Positions 50,310-55,200 of a stretch of 55,200 bases of DNA are shown here, one piece after another. The notes beneath the pieces are model-generated. The model worked only from the letters and a program-made list of their open reading frames with translations. It was not told where the DNA came from and searched no databases. The translations under genes and the position numbers were made by a program. Origin of the DNA: Candidatus Nomurabacteria bacterium RIFCSPLOWO2_01_FULL_33_24 (lineage in GTDB: Bacteria; Patescibacteriota; Minisyncoccia; Phycocordibacterales; MFUP01); assembly GCA_001785735.1 (NCBI GenBank), contig MFUP01000005.1:1-55200 (forward strand), in the 5' to 3' direction. Positions within the stretch are counted from its first letter, which is position 1, and each line of letters starts with the position of its first letter.

Positions 50310-50466
50310 AATTGATAAATTTTTGGCCAACTTGGCCGGAGGAGTGATTGTCTTCTTTTTTAATAATATTTTTTATCACTAAGATAAAGGATAACAAATT
50401 ATTTTTTTTAGTCAACAAGAAAATCTGTGGAAAACCCCATTACTCAGATTCTAGTATAATTACTTT

Positions 50467-50949
50467 ATGGATATTATTACTATTTTACAAAACAAACCAG
50501 TTCTGATAGGTCTTCATTTGGGTTTTGCTATTATTGGGATAGATGCTTTTTTGTGGTTACTTTGGAAATTTAGAAGTAATAACTCTTCTCAAAAAAACGG
50601 GACCAAGACGGCTCTCGTAGGAGTCATTTCTTTTATTTTTAGTTGGATTGCCGGCGGCTATTATTATGTTGTTTTCTATGGGGCGCTTGTAAAGCCGATA
50701 ATTAAAACGGGAATGGCTCCGTGGGCGCATAATGTTGTTATGGAAATAAAGGAGCATATTTTTTTATTTATTATCCCTCTGGCCATGACAGTTTTTTTTA
50801 TTACCTTACTAAAAATGGAAGAAATTGAACAATTTAAGCTTCATCGTCTTGTTTGTTGGCTTTCTGGAACCGTGGCTGTTCTTGGACTTTTGATTGGCGT
50901 TATGGGATTTATCATTTCAGCTGCCGCTCGTTGGGGAGCAATAGGTTAA
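50467..50949 (+). CDS. Four-transmembrane hypothetical protein with His-containing motifs
   Basis: GLHLG, GGYYYV, PWAHNVVMEIKEH; TATAAT 6 nt upstream. Confidence 0.75.
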   Translation: MDIITILQNKPVLIGLHLGFAIIGIDAFLWLLWKFRSNNSSQKNGTKTALVGVISFIFSWIAGGYYYVVFYGALVKPIIKTGMAPWAHNVVMEIKEHIFLFIIPLAMTVFFITLLKMEEIEQFKLHRLVCWLSGTVAVLGLLIGVMGFIISAAARWGAIG

Positions 50950-50955
50950 TAATAT

Positions 50956-51285
50956 ATGAATATGAATAAATTAAAATTAATTATTGCCTCAGCTTATGCA
51001 GCCCTCGTTTCAGTTTTATTTGTGGTGATTATTACTATTATCTCTGAATTAGTTCCTTCACTAAAAGATTGGTTAAAAAATCTTTTTGGGCACCACTGGG
51101 TATCAAAAAGTATTCTTTCTGTATTACTGTATCTAATTGTCGCCAAGATATTATATTTTTCAGTTTGTAATAACAATAATGGTCAGCGAGTTAGAAAATC
51201 ACTTAAGCTACTTTTAATATTTGTTGTCTTGGGTGTTGTTGCTATCTCGCTGTTTTATATTGGACATTACTTTCATATTTTTTAA
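50956..51285 (+). CDS. Three-transmembrane hypothetical protein with a GHHW motif
   Basis: LFGHHWVSKS; co-oriented 6 nt after the previous gene. Confidence 0.72.
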   Translation: MNMNKLKLIIASAYAALVSVLFVVIITIISELVPSLKDWLKNLFGHHWVSKSILSVLLYLIVAKILYFSVCNNNNGQRVRKSLKLLLIFVVLGVVAISLFYIGHYFHIF

Positions 51286-51389
51286 TTTTTAAACTACTTG
51301 CCCTGGGGATAATTTTACCCCGTATCAGAATTTGACTAATAAATTTAAGGAACGAGGTGACTTATCCACAAATTTGATACGAGGGAGGC

Positions 51390-51419
51390 TTGACTAAAGT
51401 ACTTTACTTTAGTAAAGTG
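51390..51419 (+). promoter_or_regulatory. Promoter (TTGACT-17 nt-TAAAGT) overlapped by a HisR/YerC-type palindromic operator
   Basis: TACTTTACTTTAGTAAAGTG at 51400-51419 (ACTTTAC/GTAAAGT arms). Confidence 0.8.
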
Positions 51420-51424
51420 GAGGA

Positions 51425-51754
51425 ATGTCTAATCTGAATATAAATTGGAACACCAAAGAAAAACAAGATTTTTTGAAAGCAATTTTATCCTTAGAAAACA
51501 AGGACGAAGCTAAGCGTTTCTTGCGTGATCTTTTAACTAAGTCTGAAATAGAAGAGTTTTCTAAGCGTTTACTGACTGCGGATTTACTTTCAAGCGATGT
51601 TCAATATAACGCTATTATTGAAAAAACTGGATTAAGTTCTACTACTATTGCTCGTATTTCCCGGTGGCTAAAAAAAGGCACTGGCGGATATAAATTGGTA
51701 ATTTCCAGAATTAACCATCATCATCCTATCAAACTTAGGAAGGGATTGTCTTGA
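51425..51754 (+). CDS. YerC/YecD (TrpR-family, HisR-like) repressor ending in a His-His-His tail
   Basis: AILSLE..DE..RFLRDLLT.SEI, GLSSTTIARISRWLKKGTGGY. Confidence 0.92.
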   Translation: MSNLNINWNTKEKQDFLKAILSLENKDEAKRFLRDLLTKSEIEEFSKRLLTADLLSSDVQYNAIIEKTGLSSTTIARISRWLKKGTGGYKLVISRINHHHPIKLRKGLS

Positions 51755-51785
51755 TGGGTAAATAATATTTTTAATATATAAAGCC

Positions 51786-51821
51786 AACCCCTTCTTAAGT
51801 TTAAGAAGGGGTTTTGCGTTT
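51786..51821 (+). terminator. Attenuator terminator downstream of the repressor gene
   Basis: AACCCCTTCTTA-AGTT-TAAGAAGGGGTT followed by TTGCGTTT. Confidence 0.8.
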
Positions 51822-51884
51822 GCTCCTGAACAAGCGTGGGGTATCTGTCTCGAACAGAGTTTTGTATATTAAAAACTAAATAAT

Positions 51885-52058
51885 ATGAATCAAGAAGAAT
51901 TAGAAAAATTGGAAGAAGTATTTATAAACTACAAAAAAGTTTTTAAGGAAAATGGAATCAAACTAAACTTTAATAGGAAACAATTTCTTAAGATGTTTAA
52001 CCAACCAGATGTTATCCAATACATCATAAAAAAACAATGCTTTATTTATGTGAGTTAA
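51885..52058 (+). CDS. 57-aa small protein MNQEELEKLEEVFINYKKVFKENGIKLNFNRKQFLKMFNQPDVIQYIIKKQCFIYVS (not in the ORF track)
   Basis: Translated by hand; lies between the attenuator and a terminator. Confidence 0.55.
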   Translation: MNQEELEKLEEVFINYKKVFKENGIKLNFNRKQFLKMFNQPDVIQYIIKKQCFIYVS

Positions 52059-52070
52059 ATATTTTTTTAA

Positions 52071-52107
52071 TACTTCACTTTGGTTAACTAAAGTGGAGTA
52101 TTTTTTT
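52071..52107. terminator. Terminator between the small ORF and recG
   Basis: TACTTCACTTTGG-TTAA-CTAAAGTGGAGTA followed by a T run. Confidence 0.75.
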
Positions 52108-52118
52108 ATTTTTTTATT

Positions 52119-54257
52119 TTATTCAAAATGGAGATTGAGATTTTTGGAAACAAGGACCTTTTTTAATTCGGGATGACTATCTAGTTCAGGGTCTTGTTTT
52201 ATCATCTCTTGAGCTTCATTGCGAGCCGCTTCCACCATCTTGATATTTTTAATGGCTTCCATCCCAATATCGGAAATACCCCATTGTTTGGTCCCCAATA
52301 ATTCACCGGCTCCTCGTAACTCTAAATCCAATTCTGAAAGTTCAAACCCATTTTTAGCTGTTTTCAAAGCTTTTAAGCGGTCAAGACTTTTTTGACCCTT
52401 AGTATCGGAAAAAATGTAGCAATAAGCCTGATGCTCGCTTCTTAAAACTCGTCCTCTTAATTGGTGAAGTTGAGCTAAGCCAAATCGTTCCGCCCCTTCT
52501 ATTAAAATGACGGTGGCATTAGGTACATTTATTCCTACCTCAATTACGGAAGTGGCCACTAAAATATTTATTTCACCGGCAGAGAAATCTTTCATCACCT
52601 CTTCTTTTTTAATTTTAGTCATCTTACTATGCAAAATGGCAATTCTTTCTTTAGGAAAAACTTCCTTTTCTAAACGTTTAGCTTCTGCCGTGACAGATTT
52701 TACATTTAAAGCCATTTCTTTATTTGGATCTGGCTCTTCGATTCGGGGACAGATAACATAAACCTGCCGTCCTTTTTTTAATTCTAATTTTATTTCTTCA
52801 TAGGCTTTGTTTCTTTTTTCTGGAACAACAATCTCGGTGATAACAGGTTTTCTCCCTAAAGGCATTTCATCAAGCAAGGTTAAATCTAGATCGCCAAAGA
52901 TAGTTAAGGCCAAAGTTCGGGGGATTGGGGTTGCCGTCATAGATAAAAAATGGGGAGCAAATCCATCTTTCCTTACTAACTTACTTCGTTGATTAGTTCC
53001 AAAGCGATGTTGTTCGTCAATAATCACCAAAGCCAAGTTTTTAAATTTAACTGTTTTTTGGATTAAAGAATGAGTTCCAATTAAGATAGGAATTTCTCCG
53101 TTGGCGACCCATTTTAATAATTGAGCTCTGGGAATATTAGTCCATCCCCCAGGTTTTACTTTAGAGGGAAATTTTTTACATCCAGAAGAAGTAATTAAAC
53201 CAATATTGATATTTAAGTGTTTAAAATATTGGATAAATGATTCATAAAGTTGATTAGCTAATACTTCTGTTGGAGCCATATAGGCAACTTGAAGATTGCC
53301 AAAATCTTGTTTCAGAGGGTGATTTCTAATAACAGCATAAGAAATAGAAGCCGCCACGGCTGTTTTTCCAGAACCAACATCTCCCTCTAATAATCGAGAC
53401 ATCGGATGACTTTTCTTTATATCATTTAAAATATAATCAATCGCTTTTTGTTGAGATTTCGTTAATTCAAAATCAAATCTAGAGATAAAATTTTTAATAT
53501 CTTTTTCAACTGAATCAATCGCAAAAGACTTATTTTTTTTATACTCCAAACGATCATGTTGTCTTTTAAGCTGGATAAAGAATACTTCTTCAAAAGCAAA
53601 TCTTTTTCTGGCAGATAAAGCATCATTCTTGTTTTGAGGGGAGTGAATCCAAATTAAAGCTGTCTTAAGGGAAGGAAGATTATATTTTTTTAACATTTCT
53701 TTAGGCAGATAATCCTTAATTTCCTTTACTAAATTATTAACTAAAATTTTTTTAATAGAATGATAAATCCATCTAGAGGTTAACCCTCTTTTTTCAGGAT
53801 AAAGAGGATAACCTAATTGGTTATTAGCGCTTGAATTCCAAATTGATTGTTCAACATTTTTCTCAAGTTCTGGATTAGCTAAGTAGACACCATTTTTCCC
53901 CCCAGTTATTTTTCCTGTTAATTGAACCGTTTGCCCTTCTTGAGTCATTTTGGCCAAATAAGCTTGATTAAACCAAATTATTTTTATTTTTCCTGACAAG
54001 TCTTCTAAATAACCTTCTCCCATTGGAATTTTTCTTTTCCAAGCTTTTCTAGTTCTGAGCTTTGAGATTTTGCCTGACAAGGTGACATTTTCTCCAATTT
54101 TAACATCTCTAATTTGCTTTATTTCTGACGGGTTGCTATAGCGAGAGGGAAAATAAAAAAGCAAATCCACGATAGTTTCTAGATTTGCTCTTGATAAAGC
54201 CCTTTTTTGAGTCTCATTTAATCTAAAAATATCTCTAAGGGGAGATAATAATTGCAT
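52119..54257 (-). CDS. recG: ATP-dependent DNA helicase RecG
   Basis: RLLEGDVGSGKT, MAPTEVLA, IIDEQHRFG, MTATPIPRTL, AERFGLAQLHQLRGRV. Confidence 0.97.
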   Translation of the reverse strand: MQLLSPLRDIFRLNETQKRALSRANLETIVDLLFYFPSRYSNPSEIKQIRDVKIGENVTLSGKISKLRTRKAWKRKIPMGEGYLEDLSGKIKIIWFNQAYLAKMTQEGQTVQLTGKITGGKNGVYLANPELEKNVEQSIWNSSANNQLGYPLYPEKRGLTSRWIYHSIKKILVNNLVKEIKDYLPKEMLKKYNLPSLKTALIWIHSPQNKNDALSARKRFAFEEVFFIQLKRQHDRLEYKKNKSFAIDSVEKDIKNFISRFDFELTKSQQKAIDYILNDIKKSHPMSRLLEGDVGSGKTAVAASISYAVIRNHPLKQDFGNLQVAYMAPTEVLANQLYESFIQYFKHLNINIGLITSSGCKKFPSKVKPGGWTNIPRAQLLKWVANGEIPILIGTHSLIQKTVKFKNLALVIIDEQHRFGTNQRSKLVRKDGFAPHFLSMTATPIPRTLALTIFGDLDLTLLDEMPLGRKPVITEIVVPEKRNKAYEEIKLELKKGRQVYVICPRIEEPDPNKEMALNVKSVTAEAKRLEKEVFPKERIAILHSKMTKIKKEEVMKDFSAGEINILVATSVIEVGINVPNATVILIEGAERFGLAQLHQLRGRVLRSEHQAYCYIFSDTKGQKSLDRLKALKTAKNGFELSELDLELRGAGELLGTKQWGISDIGMEAIKNIKMVEAARNEAQEMIKQDPELDSHPELKKVLVSKNLNLHFE

Positions 54258-54277
54258 ACTTCTATTTTATAATATTT

Positions 54278-54649
54278 TTATTTTTTAAGAAGAAGTTTAA
54301 TCTTTTCAGCCAATTCGTCCAAAGTAAAATTAGCTTTTACCATAAATTCTGTTACCCCCAAGGCTTTGGCTTTTGTAATATCTCCTTCCTCTGATAAATT
54401 AGAAAAAACAATAATGGGAACAGATTTCCATTTTACGTTTTCACGAATTTCTTTCAAAATTTCAAAACCATCAACATCAGGTAAAAGGAGGTCTAGTAAA
54501 ATTAGATCAGGAATTTGTTTATTTAAATTATTAAAAGCCTGCTTGCTATCTGAAGCAACTTCAACTTCATAACCCTCAACCCCTAATTTTCTAGAAGCAA
54601 GTCCTTGTAAAAAAGTATCGTCCTCAATTATTAAAATTTTTTTAGCCAT
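54278..54649 (-). CDS. Single-domain response regulator (receiver only)
   Basis: ILIIEDD, PDLILLDLLLP.VDG, FSN, FMVKA. Confidence 0.93.
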   Translation of the reverse strand: MAKKILIIEDDTFLQGLASRKLGVEGYEVEVASDSKQAFNNLNKQIPDLILLDLLLPDVDGFEILKEIRENVKWKSVPIIVFSNLSEEGDITKAKALGVTEFMVKANFTLDELAEKIKLLLKK

Positions 54650-54672
54650 ATCTTAATGATAACTTAAGTAAA

Positions 54673-55200
54673 CTATTTTGACAAGGGAACGGTGAAATAA
54701 AAAGTTGTTCCCTTATTATTGCTTTTAAACCAAATTTTCCCCCCATGTTTTTCAACTATTCCCTTTATAGTATAAAGACCCAGTCCGGAACCTACCTGCT
54801 CTTTCTTTTTAGCGTTACTAGCCCGGAAAAATTTCCCAAAAATTTTTTCTTGGTCATTTTGGGGGATGCCTATTCCGGTATCTTTGACAGATATCTCAAT
54901 GAAATTGTCTTTTTGGTTGTTTGAAATAAAGACTTTATCACCCTTTTCACTATATTTAATAGAATTTTCTATTAAATTTTGAATAACCACTCGTATTTTT
55001 TCATCATCTATGTGAACAAGAGAAAGTTTAGTTTTAGGTTTTTCAAACACAAGTTTTACTCCTTTCTTATATGATTCTTCAGAAAAATCTAAAAGGACAT
55101 CTTCAATCAAAGCTCTAATCTGAATATCATCAAAATTATATTTAAAACTGATATCCTCCGCATGGTTAATACTAATCATTTCATTAACTAATTTAACCAT
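54673..55200 (-). CDS. Sensor histidine kinase, C-terminal part (5' end lies outside the window)
   Basis: NLIENSIKYS, DTGIGI, FGKFFRA, GSGLGL, GTTF. Confidence 0.93.
   Translation of the reverse strand: MVKLVNEMISINHAEDISFKYNFDDIQIRALIEDVLLDFSEESYKKGVKLVFEKPKTKLSLVHIDDEKIRVVIQNLIENSIKYSEKGDKVFISNNQKDNFIEISVKDTGIGIPQNDQEKIFGKFFRASNAKKKEQVGSGLGLYTIKGIVEKHGGKIWFKSNNKGTTFYFTVPLSK

Noticed and set aside
51286..51390. Replication origin
   Set aside because: Only one perfect and one near DnaA box, and no dnaA/dnaN or clear unwinding element.
51419..51424. GGAGGA as a Shine-Dalgarno site
   Set aside because: Zero spacing to the ATG, and it lies upstream of the predicted transcription start.
329..52992. 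Numerous 60-120 aa antisense or alternate-frame ORFs in the track (for example 329-550, 2398-2697, 15459-15821, 19569-19916, 48739-49086, 52507-52761)
   Set aside because: Shadows of well-supported genes, with no motifs or independent expression signals.
1..55200. Alternative genetic code (UGA read as Gly, as in Gracilibacteria/Absconditabacteria)
   Set aside because: Conserved genes are uninterrupted under code 11, and TGA terminates several at their expected ends (for example pilC, rplP, rpsQ).

Overview
AT-rich bacterial chromosome segment read with genetic code 11. It is most likely from a Patescibacteria/CPR (Parcubacteria-like) genome; this is an inference from the missing rpmD/L30, the near absence of Shine-Dalgarno sites, apparent leaderless genes, the type IV pilus plus split ComEC, and a stand-alone VirD4-like ATPase. 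Contents in order: a type IV pilus/competence operon, tpiA-pgk, HIT, recJ-rnhA-comEC, rpmB, a site-2 protease, two surface proteins, the str/S10/spc ribosomal cluster (interrupted by a 1300-aa NHL-repeat surface protein), secY-adk-map, a VirD4-like ATPase, ndk, a 6S-like RNA, a beta-CASP nuclease, infC-rpmI-rplT, tmRNA/smpB, ftsH, tRNA-Ile(UAU), an anticodon-less AsnRS paralogue, a YerC/HisR repressor, recG and a partial two-component system. The most striking observation is a YerC/HisR (TrpR-family) repressor gene with its operator on its own promoter. Its C-terminal His-His-His codons are followed by mutually exclusive antiterminator and terminator hairpins, so the repressor ORF appears to double as a histidine attenuator leader peptide, here in front of an orphan 57-aa ORF. 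Other notable points: a shared promoter plus AAGCTC-N4-GAGCTT hairpin upstream of rpsL, rpsS and rpsN, with a variant at tuf; tRNA-Ile(UAU) together with an S12 Pro-to-Ile change; a terminator-containing leader before the AsnRS paralogue; and repeat or palindrome inserts in prepilin leaders. No database searches were run; all family calls come from motif recognition.
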